From: a virus
Strand: one strand, 5' to 3'
DNA: 39,136 nt
Virus record (IMG/VR): IMGVR_UViG_3300009515_000007
Coordinates: 1-39,136 of that record
In this document: piece after piece, positions 22,390 to 31,567 of the stretch
Numbering within the stretch: position 1 is the stretch's first letter
How the letters are laid out: each line of letters begins with the position of its first letter
The notes under the pieces: model-generated
The model's database searches: none
Told to the model about the DNA's origin: nothing
What the model saw: the letters and a program-made list of their open reading frames with translations, nothing else
Translations under genes and position numbers: made by a program

Positions 22390-23057
22390 ATGTAGTAACA
22401 GGATTAAGAAGAAGCGGGACATCTCTTTTGATGTATGCTCTAAAAGAGGCGGGTTTTGATATTGTAGGTTCTAAATATGAAGATGTGGGGCCAAGCACTA
22501 AAGAAGGGAACCCAAACGGCTATTGGGAAGTAAAGGGCGTAACTTCGGAAGGTGGCCTTGTTGAAGATTTAGGAAAAGGTGAGGTGGTGAAAGTTATGTT
22601 TGAAGCCTTACCCTTATCAAAGCCGGAATTGATTGATAAGACCATTGTTATCTTCCGAGAACCCCGTTGTGTTCTCCAATCAGTAATGAATTATGATGTT
22701 ATCTTCCCTGACCTTTACATCGTCAAAGCCTGTTTAGACATCATAGATACGCTAGAGTTCTTACAAGACAAACCGCACAAGATTGTTTTCTATGAAGATA
22801 TAATCAAACGTCCTGTGTCTGAAATGAAAGCTATCTGTAAGTTTTTAGGCAAGGGAGATTATAAAAAGGCGGCCAAAGTTGTGGATAAAAAACTTAATCG
22901 TTCCGAACCAACAATGGGCGATCACCGCTATATGGACTTATGGGAAAAGTTTTATCTCTTCGTAAGAAACAATGAAGTTAAAGAAACCTTTTTTTATAAA
23001 TCCCACCTAGAACACGAAGCGATAGTAATGTTAGAAAAACACGACAAAAAAAATTGA
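22386..23057 (+). CDS. Sulfotransferase-family protein
   Basis: GLRRSGTSLL (5'-PSB-like P-loop), IVIFREPRCVLQS (3'-PB-like) and IVFYEDIIKRPVSEMKAICKFLG (the typical YEDL...P...FLG ending). Confidence 0.6.
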   Translation: MNVVTGLRRSGTSLLMYALKEAGFDIVGSKYEDVGPSTKEGNPNGYWEVKGVTSEGGLVEDLGKGEVVKVMFEALPLSKPELIDKTIVIFREPRCVLQSVMNYDVIFPDLYIVKACLDIIDTLEFLQDKPHKIVFYEDIIKRPVSEMKAICKFLGKGDYKKAAKVVDKKLNRSEPTMGDHRYMDLWEKFYLFVRNNEVKETFFYKSHLEHEAIVMLEKHDKKN

Positions 23058-23082
23058 CTTTAAGTTTTTCTCTTGCTATTAT
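23054..23082 (+). promoter_or_regulatory. Sigma70-like promoter with an extended -10; near-leaderless transcript
   Basis: TTGACT, a 17-nt spacer ending in TGC, then TATTAT. The ATG at 23091 is 8 nt after the -10. Confidence 0.5.
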
Positions 23083-23090
23083 ATAATCTT

Positions 23091-23363
23091 ATGTTTATTG
23101 CGACTCTTACACTTAACAAAGAAAAACACGAAGGAAAGGGTAAGACAGCTTTTGAAGCTATCCAAAATCTTAATCTTGACTGGAACGATATAAAAACGAA
23201 AGGGACGATTGAGTTAGTTAAGAAGGAAGGGAGAGGAAAAGGAGTAAAAACTAAAACTGCCAAGAAGCTTCTTTTTCTTAGAGATTTAAGGAGGGCAGTT
23301 AGTAGTAAGTTCGGAATCCAGCGATGGGCCAAGAACCTAGAGTATTTATTAAAAGATAAATGA
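23091..23363 (+). CDS. Hypothetical basic protein
   Basis: I chose the ATG at 23091 (MFIATL...) over the upstream TTG because of the promoter position. Confidence 0.5.
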   Translation: MFIATLTLNKEKHEGKGKTAFEAIQNLNLDWNDIKTKGTIELVKKEGRGKGVKTKTAKKLLFLRDLRRAVSSKFGIQRWAKNLEYLLKDK

Positions 23364-23377
23364 GCCGCCTATGATGA

Positions 23378-25126
23378 ATGGACGGAACAATATATGATTT
23401 CATAACAGAGCAGGAGACTGCATATTCCAAACCCATCGAACTTATCGAGGGATGGAAGTGGAATATGAAAGACCACATCCGCCGATCTTTTCTATACAAA
23501 AACTCTCAATTTGAGGAACACAATGAAGACAGGGATTTGAGGCCGTTTAAGAACATTGTCCGGCCTATTGTAAATACTGAATACCGAACCGAGGGCTTTG
23601 ATGTTAAAGACATTGAGCTTTACGTTGACGACCCTGACAACTACTACAAGTCATTCTTGGTTAGAAAGTTCCACGACAAATGGGCTGTTGAGAATGAGAT
23701 TGACACCTTCATTGATGAGGTAGTTGAATCTTATGTGGATTATGGCGGGGCTTTAGTCAAAGACGTAGACGACAAGCGACCAGAGGTTATTGATCTTGGC
23801 TCGCTTGCTTTTTGTAGCCAAGTAGATATTCTGGCTCATCCTTTCGCTATCAAGCACGAAATGTCACCCTCTCAACTTAGAGATATGAAGAAGTGGGGTA
23901 AGGACGAGAATGGAGCCACGATTGACATTGAAAGCTTTATTGCCCTAACCAAAGACGAACCCAAGAGGAAGATATACGAATTACATGGGGAAGTGCCGGA
24001 AAGATGGCTTAATGGCGGTGAAAGCAAGGAGGACACCCTCCAAGTACAAATCGTTGCCTTTTACAGGAAAAGCGATGGTGTAGAGGAGGGAGTTACGTTA
24101 TTTAAGCGAGAACGACCCAAACTACCATTTAAGTTCTTAAAGAGAGACCCCATCTATGGTAGAGCTTTAGGTTTTGGCGGTATTGAGGAACTATTTGAAC
24201 CCCAAGTATGGACGAGTTGGAGTGAATCAAAGATTACCGAAATGCTGGATCAGGCCAGCAAAACCCTATACAAATCAACCGATCACACCTTTAAGACACG
24301 GAATAATCTCTCTAAGGTGGAAATGGGCGAAGTTCTTACCCTGACAGAAGGCAAGGACATAACTCAACTAGACACCACACCAAGGAATACTCCGGTATTC
24401 AATGACGCAGTAGTTCGCTGGGAAGAACACGCTGGTAAAGTCGGTCACGTTAGCGAAGGATTACTAGGCCAACCCCCAACATCAGGTACTCCATTTAAGT
24501 CTCTTGAAGCTCAAATCGTAGAAGGTAAGGGAATGCACCACTACCGACAAGGGAAGATCGCTGTATTCGTTGATGAGGTTTATAGGGACTGGGTTCTTCC
24601 TCACTTAGTAAAAGAATTAGTCAAGGAGCAGAAGTTCTTAACTGAATTGTCGGCTGATGAGATGATGGAGCTGTCTGAAACAATAATGAACAACGAAGCC
24701 AACAGGAGAATCAAGGAGCAGATTCTTAATGGTGAACTTCCTGACATGGAACAAATGGAAACTACTAAAGAAGCAACCAAGGCAGGCTTCCTAACTTCAC
24801 CCAAGAAGTTCGTAAAGATTTTAGAGGGAGAGATGAAAGACTTGGCGTTTGGAATTAGTACAAACATAGCCGGTAAACAAAAGAACCTTGCTCTACTCAC
24901 TGACAAGATTGTAAATGTTTTGAGGCAGTTCATCGCCACACCGGAAATACGCCAAGACCCACAGATGGTTAAGCTTCTTAACACTATCTTAGAAAGTTCT
25001 GGTATGTCGCCAATGATCTTCGGCCCCGGTAAAGCCTTACCAGCACAACAACAACAAGGAGGTGGCTCAACAGAGCCTTTAAAAACACTAGGAGAGGCAG
25101 TTAAAGAACCCGCACAAACACTATGA
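23378..25126 (+). CDS. Portal protein
   Basis: 582 aa, the first large ORF after the terminase and upstream of scaffold and capsid. Called from position and size. Confidence 0.7.
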   Translation: MDGTIYDFITEQETAYSKPIELIEGWKWNMKDHIRRSFLYKNSQFEEHNEDRDLRPFKNIVRPIVNTEYRTEGFDVKDIELYVDDPDNYYKSFLVRKFHDKWAVENEIDTFIDEVVESYVDYGGALVKDVDDKRPEVIDLGSLAFCSQVDILAHPFAIKHEMSPSQLRDMKKWGKDENGATIDIESFIALTKDEPKRKIYELHGEVPERWLNGGESKEDTLQVQIVAFYRKSDGVEEGVTLFKRERPKLPFKFLKRDPIYGRALGFGGIEELFEPQVWTSWSESKITEMLDQASKTLYKSTDHTFKTRNNLSKVEMGEVLTLTEGKDITQLDTTPRNTPVFNDAVVRWEEHAGKVGHVSEGLLGQPPTSGTPFKSLEAQIVEGKGMHHYRQGKIAVFVDEVYRDWVLPHLVKELVKEQKFLTELSADEMMELSETIMNNEANRRIKEQILNGELPDMEQMETTKEATKAGFLTSPKKFVKILEGEMKDLAFGISTNIAGKQKNLALLTDKIVNVLRQFIATPEIRQDPQMVKLLNTILESSGMSPMIFGPGKALPAQQQQGGGSTEPLKTLGEAVKEPAQTL

Positions 25127-25374
25127 ATGAGTTATTAAAAGACAAGTTAGCAGTTTTGGCCGGAGATGAAATAACAGTTGGAGCATTACGGGCTGTCTTT
25201 AATGAAGTAATTGAAAAAGAAAAGCCAGTGATAGGAAAAGAACCAAATGATGTATTAGGAGGACAATACCGAGCTTACATTGAAGGTAAGTGCATGATTG
25301 ATAATGCCTTCCGTGAATTATTATCTTACAAGGTGGAGAAAAAGCAGGTCGATAATTTTAATAAGGGACGATGA
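25123..25374 (+). CDS. Hypothetical protein
   Basis: 83-aa ORF with an ATGA overlap to the portal gene. Confidence 0.55.
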   Translation: MNELLKDKLAVLAGDEITVGALRAVFNEVIEKEKPVIGKEPNDVLGGQYRAYIEGKCMIDNAFRELLSYKVEKKQVDNFNKGR

Positions 25375-25404
25375 ATAATGTTATAATTTAAAAAATCGCA
25401 TTAA

Positions 25405-25472
25405 CCTTTCTGTGGGACTATTGGAATGCTTGGCGGCTCCCCAGTAGTTCCCCAGAAAGGCTTGGAGCCGCC
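25405..25472 (+). other. 20-bp stem-loop whose loop can pair downstream (pseudoknot or antiterminator-like)
   Basis: 25405-25424 pairs with 25441-25460 (1 mismatch, 2 G-U). Loop GGCGGCTCC (25432-40) is complementary to GGAGCCGCC (25464-72). Confidence 0.4.
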
Positions 25473-25496
25473 TTTCTTTAGGCGGTTTTAATTTTA
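25466..25496 (+). terminator. Intrinsic terminator
   Basis: AGCCGCC-tttcttt-GGCGGTT followed by TTAATTTT. Its 5' arm is shared with the upstream pseudoknot pairing. Confidence 0.6.
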
Positions 25497-25536
25497 AAAA
25501 AATAAAGGTCGTGAAATATAAAAACAATCTAGCAAA

Positions 25537-25941
25537 ATGAAATCACTAATTACTCTAATAATTGTTCTTGCGGTAGTAGTTTGTGGTGTCTTGTTGTTCA
25601 AAGGTGAACCAGTTGAGCCACCAACAGGAAGTGTAGACAACGATTCAAGTGGTTATTACTCAACTTCCACAAACGACACAACCCAGATCACAGAATTACT
25701 TGATAGCGGTAGTGGTATTTTTGGTTCTGTGGTAATCACCACTGCTCCCGGCACAGCTTTCGCCCTTTATGACGCTACCACCACTGATGCTACGGCACGA
25801 ACCAATACTGCTACTACAACCCTAGCTGTTTTCCCCGCTTCCGCTACTGTCGGGACTTATGTGTTCGATGTGAATTACACCTATGGCCTTATTATGCCGG
25901 TTGCTGGAACGATGGGAACCTCCACTATTACTTGGAAATAA
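25537..25941 (+). CDS. Membrane-anchored or secreted Thr/Ala-rich protein
   Basis: N-terminal helix LITLIIVLAVVVCGVLLF. 134 aa. Confidence 0.55.
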   Translation: MKSLITLIIVLAVVVCGVLLFKGEPVEPPTGSVDNDSSGYYSTSTNDTTQITELLDSGSGIFGSVVITTAPGTAFALYDATTTDATARTNTATTTLAVFPASATVGTYVFDVNYTYGLIMPVAGTMGTSTITWK

Positions 25942-25963
25942 TTATTAACTAAACGAAATAATT

Positions 25964-26089
25964 ATGCTTTACGACAAAAAGTTGCCTTCCTTGAAGGATA
26001 AGATTTGGGAGAAGGCAGATAAGGCTGAAAAAGCCAAGAAAAAAGTTGTTGAACCCCGAAAGGGAAAAACAAAAGAAAAGTCGAAATAA
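25964..26089 (+). CDS. Possible small Lys-rich protein
   Basis: Hand translation MLYDKKLPSLKDKIWEKADKAEKAKKKVVEPRKGKTKEKSK. Confidence 0.3.
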   Translation: MLYDKKLPSLKDKIWEKADKAEKAKKKVVEPRKGKTKEKSK

Positions 26090-26111
26090 TTACTAGCCAA
26101 AAGCCAAAGAA

Positions 26112-26768
26112 ATGAAAAAGCAAAACAAGACGGACAAGTTTCCTCCATTTAAACTTCCCGCTATCTCTAGGAAGGCATTTGGAATTACACTTGCCGTTCT
26201 CTTTGTGTTTTCCTTCGTTGCAGGTTATTCAGCCTATGCGGATTTCTCCTTGAAGAGTGCCATCGCCAATGTGGCTGGTAAGATTCTTGGCGAAAAACTG
26301 GCAAACGACATCTCCATTGATGGTGAAGACCTGTTGGTTGGTGGAAGCCCTGGCCCTGATAACTACAACTTAGAGTATTGGGGTATCAATGGTGTTGATA
26401 CATACTACTTCACCCAGAACATCAGAACGGGTACCAATACTCCGTGTATGTTTCGGACACCAAGTGCAACCTCAACCCTTGACCATCTTACGACTCACTT
26501 TGATATCGGAAGCTCAACTGCGTTGACTATGGAGTTTGCTACATCCACCAAAAGAAACGCCACTACTACAGCCATGTATCAAGGTATAACTGTCCCAGCT
26601 TCTTCAGCCTACACCTACTGGTGGGCACCCACTACTACTGATAAGGCAGTGATGGGGCCGAATCTCTGGTTGAATGTTGGGATCAGAGCTGGTGACGTAG
26701 GCGGAAGCTACACTGGCCTTACCCCATCAGGTGATTGTCAAGTGAAGTTTGAGGTCATCGAACGTTAG
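26112..26768 (+). CDS. Secreted or membrane-anchored protein
   Basis: Basic N-terminus, then FGITLAVLFVFSFVAGYSAYA, which looks like a signal peptide. 218 aa. Confidence 0.55.
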   Translation: MKKQNKTDKFPPFKLPAISRKAFGITLAVLFVFSFVAGYSAYADFSLKSAIANVAGKILGEKLANDISIDGEDLLVGGSPGPDNYNLEYWGINGVDTYYFTQNIRTGTNTPCMFRTPSATSTLDHLTTHFDIGSSTALTMEFATSTKRNATTTAMYQGITVPASSAYTYWWAPTTTDKAVMGPNLWLNVGIRAGDVGGSYTGLTPSGDCQVKFEVIER

Positions 26769-26848
26769 TTTTTATAGGTTGTCATTCATCCTAAAAAGTG
26801 AAAGGGTTATCATTCCCGCCAAAAATGCTTAATAGTTATCATTTATCT

Positions 26849-27418
26849 ATGACAAACGAAAATGACACGCAGGAGGTTCAACCTGAAGAAAACGAACAAG
26901 AGGAGGTTACACCTGAAGAACAGCCCAATGAGGACTTGGAAGCTCTAAAGAAGACAGTTGAGGAGCAACAAAAGCAAATCGCTGATCTCGCTAGAGCCAA
27001 AAGAGAACTCAAAAAGGAAGTTAAGAAGGTGGAAACAGAAGAAACTCCTCAACAGGACATTACCAACAAACCAGATGAACCTGATTACGCCAAACTGGCA
27101 TTCCTTAATAGTCAAAAGGTAACTCACCCTGACGATCAAAAGATCATCATGGATGAGGCTCAACGATTAAAACTTCCCCTGACGGATGTTCTTGGTATGG
27201 AACACATGAAAACTAAGCTTAAAGAAAGTTTAGATGAACGTGAGGCCAAATCTGGGACACCGAAAGGGAAAGGTAGTCGAGGAAGCACAGTTCACGATGT
27301 GGACTACCACTTGGCTAAAGGCACTACACCTGATGATGTAGATGAAGCCGAAAAGGTGATAGATGCCAGAATGAAAAAGGATGAGAGCAATCAAATGTTT
27401 GATCCTATAAGGGCATAA
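26849..27418 (+). CDS. Scaffolding protein candidate
   Basis: Acidic coiled-coil protein immediately upstream of the capsid gene. The start is uncertain (26825 or 26849). Confidence 0.55.
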   Translation: MTNENDTQEVQPEENEQEEVTPEEQPNEDLEALKKTVEEQQKQIADLARAKRELKKEVKKVETEETPQQDITNKPDEPDYAKLAFLNSQKVTHPDDQKIIMDEAQRLKLPLTDVLGMEHMKTKLKESLDEREAKSGTPKGKGSRGSTVHDVDYHLAKGTTPDDVDEAEKVIDARMKKDESNQMFDPIRA

Positions 27419-27462
27419 TTAGGAAAGTCGGTCATCTGGATTAAAGAAAATATTGATCTAGT

Positions 27463-28329
27463 ATGGCAAATACAATTACATATAACAAACATGACTACGT
27501 TCAGAAGCTACGGGCCAGACTAAAGAAGCCTACTACCTGGATGCAGGTAATGAAGGTTATGTTCAGCAACAACAGGACTATCGTTAATTCGTATATGTCC
27601 ACTGAACCTGACTACGTTACCGGAACTCGTGGTACTGCTTATAACTACAAGGACTTCGTCCTTACAGCCGACACTTTGACCATCAGCACCAACAAGGTGC
27701 TTCCGATGTTCGTTGATGAAGCTGACAGGTATCAGCAGAACTACGTTAGCCAGATGGCTTTGGCTGACTACCAAGGAGAAAAATTGCAAGAGTTCCTGGA
27801 GAGTCAGACTTTGGCACAACACGCTAGTTGGAAAGACTTTGGTCAGACCGACCTAGACAACACTGGTGATGACGACACAACCGCTATCTCAGTTTCAGCT
27901 TCTAATGTTGACGACTTGATCCGAGCCATCAAGCGTAAGTTATACGCTAACAATGGTGTTGATCGTGCCGTAAACAACGGAATCTTCATTGTTTGGAGAG
28001 CCGAAGACTTTGAGTTCTTGGAGGCATTTGTTCAAGCTAACGGCTTCACCGAGGCTGATATTGCTTTGAAGAACGGAATCCCCGTTCAAAAGGCATTCAA
28101 GTATCTTGGGGTTGAGCATTACCTCTCGAACTCACACACATCTGGGCACGTTTTCGCCGGAATAAAAAATCAGGCAGAAATCGGTATCCTTCGTGGAACT
28201 TGGGGACAAGCCAAGTTCATCGAAGACCCCGCCAAGTTGTCCGGTGTTGGAATCGTGTCTCGTGCAGACTACGGATTCAACTTCCCAGCACAACTCGCCG
28301 AGTTCTTTATGGATGTCAACGTTGCTTAG
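27463..28329 (+). CDS. Major capsid protein
   Basis: 288 aa, follows the scaffold and precedes a strong hairpin. Called from position and size. Confidence 0.7.
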   Translation: MANTITYNKHDYVQKLRARLKKPTTWMQVMKVMFSNNRTIVNSYMSTEPDYVTGTRGTAYNYKDFVLTADTLTISTNKVLPMFVDEADRYQQNYVSQMALADYQGEKLQEFLESQTLAQHASWKDFGQTDLDNTGDDDTTAISVSASNVDDLIRAIKRKLYANNGVDRAVNNGIFIVWRAEDFEFLEAFVQANGFTEADIALKNGIPVQKAFKYLGVEHYLSNSHTSGHVFAGIKNQAEIGILRGTWGQAKFIEDPAKLSGVGIVSRADYGFNFPAQLAEFFMDVNVA

Positions 28330-28342
28330 TTGTTATTCCCCT

Positions 28343-28361
28343 CTGCCCCTTACGGGGGCAG
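28343..28361 (+). other. GC stem-loop after the capsid gene (partial terminator or mRNA stabiliser)
   Basis: CTGCCCC-ttacg-GGGGCAG. No T-run follows. Confidence 0.5.
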
Positions 28362-28385
28362 GGATGGGGTAAGAACCCAAATAGT

Positions 28386-28937
28386 ATGATTTCAATAGGA
28401 TTACCAACAAATAGACTTATAAAACCCAAGATGGCTAAATCCCTTCTTGAAATGGTGGCTAATTCTAAGCACGATTTTCATTTTATTGTATCCACTAGAG
28501 GCTACAACACATCTGAAAATAGGAACTATATCGCCGCTAAAGCTGTTAATAACGGCTCTAGTCATCTATTTTTCGTTGATGACGACATGATTTTTCCATC
28601 TGATACGCTAGATCGTCTTTTGGAACATGATAAAGATATAGTTGGGGGCGTTTACATGACTAAATACGATAAACAGGAGCCTGTGGTGGAGTATTTAGAC
28701 GAAGAAAGACCCACAGGGCTATTTAAAGTGGCCGCTATCGGAACTGGGTGTCTTCTAATAAAGATAGATGTGTTCAAAAAGCTCCCTCAATCCTGGTTCA
28801 AGTATGAGTGGTATGACAATGGCATGGTCAAAAGGTCGCATGATTGGATTTTCTGTGAAGATGCCCGAAATATGGGCTATGACGTATGGGCTGATCCGAC
28901 ATTAGATATTAAACATATAGGTTTGTATGAATATTAG
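28386..28937 (+). CDS. GT-A-like glycosyltransferase, paralog 1
   Basis: I chose the ATG at 28386 (MISIGLPTNR...). LFFVDDDMIF is a DxD motif. Paralogous to the next ORF. Confidence 0.6.
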   Translation: MISIGLPTNRLIKPKMAKSLLEMVANSKHDFHFIVSTRGYNTSENRNYIAAKAVNNGSSHLFFVDDDMIFPSDTLDRLLEHDKDIVGGVYMTKYDKQEPVVEYLDEERPTGLFKVAAIGTGCLLIKIDVFKKLPQSWFKYEWYDNGMVKRSHDWIFCEDARNMGYDVWADPTLDIKHIGLYEY

Positions 28938-29526
28938 TATCGCAGTACCAACAAATAGGGGAATACAGCCAAAAATGTTAGAGAGCCTTTTGGAGTTGTT
29001 AGCTGTTACCGAGCATCAAATTAACATAATTGTTGCCGAGGAAGGATACACCATAGCCGAGAACAGGAATTATTGTGCTATCCAAGCCTTAAATGCAAAA
29101 TCCGACTTCCTATTATTTGTAGATGATGACATGACCTTTGAGCCTGGTACTTTAGACAAATTGGTGGCTAATAATAAGGATATTTGCGGGGTTGCCTATC
29201 ATCCACGTTGCGGAGCTGATCGTCTTAAATGGTTAGACGAGACCCACCACATCAACTTAGAGACCAATAATGATCCAAAGTACAAGGATGTGTTTGAATG
29301 TCACGCCACCGGCACAGGAATTGTCCTTATCAAGTGCGACATTCTGTATAAAATCCCTCGTCCTTGGTTTATGTTTGATTACTTTGACGACCCAGATGAT
29401 CCAAATGCCGGACAGACTAAAAAGGGAGAAGACTGGTGGTTCTGTGAGAAAGCAAAAGATCACGGGTTTAAGACTTGGACTGATCCCACGATAAAGGTTG
29501 GACATTTAGGAGAAAAGATTTATTGA
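28927..29526 (+). CDS. GT-A-like glycosyltransferase, paralog 2
   Basis: MNISIAVPTNRGIQPKM...ENRNY...LLFVDDDMTF aligns colinearly with paralog 1. Confidence 0.6.
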   Translation: MNISIAVPTNRGIQPKMLESLLELLAVTEHQINIIVAEEGYTIAENRNYCAIQALNAKSDFLLFVDDDMTFEPGTLDKLVANNKDICGVAYHPRCGADRLKWLDETHHINLETNNDPKYKDVFECHATGTGIVLIKCDILYKIPRPWFMFDYFDDPDDPNAGQTKKGEDWWFCEKAKDHGFKTWTDPTIKVGHLGEKIY

Positions 29527-29527
29527 T

Positions 29528-30265
29528 ATGGTACTTTACGACACAACAAATACATACCAGAGCATAATCCACGAACTTTGGGATTTGTGCGATGCCAACA
29601 TTACTTCTATGCCTTTGGCTACGGCTGTTAGGAGAATCAACGCCTCTTACGAAGAGTTGATCGGAGAAATTATTAACGCTGACGGAACGTGGCAGTGGGA
29701 TGACGATGTGAATATCGGTGATGCTCCTCGTGGTAAGGGTGATTTGGTTGAAGGACAGGAGTATTACACCTTCGCTTCTAAGTATTTACAGGTAGAAGCT
29801 GTGGATATTAAAGGAACTGACGGCATTTACAGAAGAATCAAGCCCATTGATCCAAAAGAGTTCGAGCATATTTCTCCCGATGAATACTTTGGAATAGACG
29901 CTAGCGGTAATCCCGAAACTAGCTTCCCTGACTTCTATGACATTAAAGGTAACTCTATCCGACTGTATCCGGCCCCTACAGCGACAGAAGTAACACTAAC
30001 CGAAGGATTACGCATTTCCTTTAAGAGAACTGCCGACCTGTTTACTACATCTGATACATCTCAATCACCGGAGCTACCATCAACCCATCACGTCTTACTC
30101 GCCTTTATGGCCGCCGTTCCTTTCTGTATGTCCTACAAAAAGGATCGTGTGCCTTTATACGAGAAAAAGGTCGACTCCATGAAGAAAACCCTCCTTGAAC
30201 ACTACTCTTACCGAGAAAAGAACAGGCGGGGAATTATTATTCCTAGTAGAAGAGCTTACAAATGA
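29528..30265 (+). CDS. Virion structural protein (head-tail adaptor or tail-tubular-A position)
   Basis: 245-aa ORF, the first structural gene after the capsid and GT genes. Called from position only. Confidence 0.4.
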   Translation: MVLYDTTNTYQSIIHELWDLCDANITSMPLATAVRRINASYEELIGEIINADGTWQWDDDVNIGDAPRGKGDLVEGQEYYTFASKYLQVEAVDIKGTDGIYRRIKPIDPKEFEHISPDEYFGIDASGNPETSFPDFYDIKGNSIRLYPAPTATEVTLTEGLRISFKRTADLFTTSDTSQSPELPSTHHVLLAFMAAVPFCMSYKKDRVPLYEKKVDSMKKTLLEHYSYREKNRRGIIIPSRRAYK

Positions 30266-30465
30266 GTACCACAGTCACAAATGAGAGTAAAAATGACTTA
30301 TCAATCACCAATGAGATATTGTCTTCCGGTGGTTCTGCTACTACTTGGGCTACGGCAAAGGGTACTTGGGCCGATCAGGGTTCTTCAACTTGGGCCTCCC
30401 CTAAATCTGTTGTCTTAAACGAATCAACTAATAACTTATCTATCACAAATGAAAGTACGAACTAA
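30262..30465 (+). CDS. Small Ser/Thr/Asn-rich protein with two NES.N.LSITNE repeats
   Basis: 67-aa ORF that overlaps both neighbours. Confidence 0.45.
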   Translation: MSTTVTNESKNDLSITNEILSSGGSATTWATAKGTWADQGSSTWASPKSVVLNESTNNLSITNESTN

Positions 30466-31567
30466 TATTTTAATATCATTCGCCACCACGATTATTTCTC
30501 TTGCCTTAGTTGCTGTCGGGCTTAATTATTACTTCGTCAAAAGTGCCCAAAAACTTGGTACTGTAGCAACGACTGATGTACAAAGCACCGACCTTTTAAC
30601 CGCTTGGCCTACTTTGTATAACGCTAACTTGGCTTTACTTAATAATGGGAAAGTGGATGTAGCCTCTACTACATGGCCTCAACTTACAACGGCCACAGGA
30701 TTGACAACTGTGGGAACGATAGGAACAGGAGTTTGGCAGGGTACGGCAGTAGGTGTGGCTTATGGGGGAACTGGAACATCATCACCAACTCAATACATGA
30801 CCATATTAGGAGATGGGGCTTTAGGATTAACCCACGCTTCGGGAACAGGAACGACAGGACAATTCCTAACCTCCAATGGAGCTGGAGCATACCCAAGTTG
30901 GCAGACATCAACTATCAATCAGACTGATACTTATTATTGGTCAGGGGGTCATAATTTTGGGAGTTATATTAACGCCACTGGAACTTCTATGTTTACTACA
31001 TTACAGGCATCTTCCACTATACAAATTGGGGACATAACTTACGTCTGGCCCTCTACCCAAACAGCATCAAGTTCGGTTCTTTCTACAGACAATGCAGGGA
31101 ATCTTTATTGGACTATTGATGATGCGGTTACAGAGCTTTTCGTTCCTTGTAGTAAATCAACTGGTGCAATAGATTCAGTCGAGACAGGATTCCCAACAAT
31201 TACTGCCGCCAATTCAGCAAACACAACTTGCTATGCCAGTTTCTACATGCCAACAGAAGGTACTATCAGTTCTATTGACTATGTTCTATTTTCAGGCAAT
31301 ACCACAGGGAACATCAATATGGATGTGACTATGGCCGATATTATAGACGGCACTTTAACTTCAGATAGCGTAGACAATGATTCAGTTACAGACAAGCAAC
31401 CAGGCAGTGATCCAATAATCTCTACTTTATCATCTACCGCTTACGATGGGCTGACGAGGGGCCGAGCTTGGGCTGTGTCTATGACCAGAAATGCTACAGA
31501 CGTGGCAGACACGGCGGAAACGACCATCAATCTTTCGGGCATTATTGTTAATTTAACTGACGACTAA
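30449..31567 (+). CDS. Tail fibre-like protein with an N-terminal hydrophobic helix
   Basis: ILISFATTIISLALVAVGL helix. YGGTGTSSPTQYMTILG and GTTGQFLTSNGAGAYPSW are fibre-type motifs. Confidence 0.55.
   Translation: MKVRTNILISFATTIISLALVAVGLNYYFVKSAQKLGTVATTDVQSTDLLTAWPTLYNANLALLNNGKVDVASTTWPQLTTATGLTTVGTIGTGVWQGTAVGVAYGGTGTSSPTQYMTILGDGALGLTHASGTGTTGQFLTSNGAGAYPSWQTSTINQTDTYYWSGGHNFGSYINATGTSMFTTLQASSTIQIGDITYVWPSTQTASSSVLSTDNAGNLYWTIDDAVTELFVPCSKSTGAIDSVETGFPTITAANSANTTCYASFYMPTEGTISSIDYVLFSGNTTGNINMDVTMADIIDGTLTSDSVDNDSVTDKQPGSDPIISTLSSTAYDGLTRGRAWAVSMTRNATDVADTAETTINLSGIIVNLTDD

Noticed and set aside
28200-28385. Upstream extension of the first glycosyltransferase ORF
   Set aside because: The extension overlaps the capsid gene end and the hairpin and reads as Arg/Cys-rich nonsense. 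The paralog alignment starts at the 28386 ATG.
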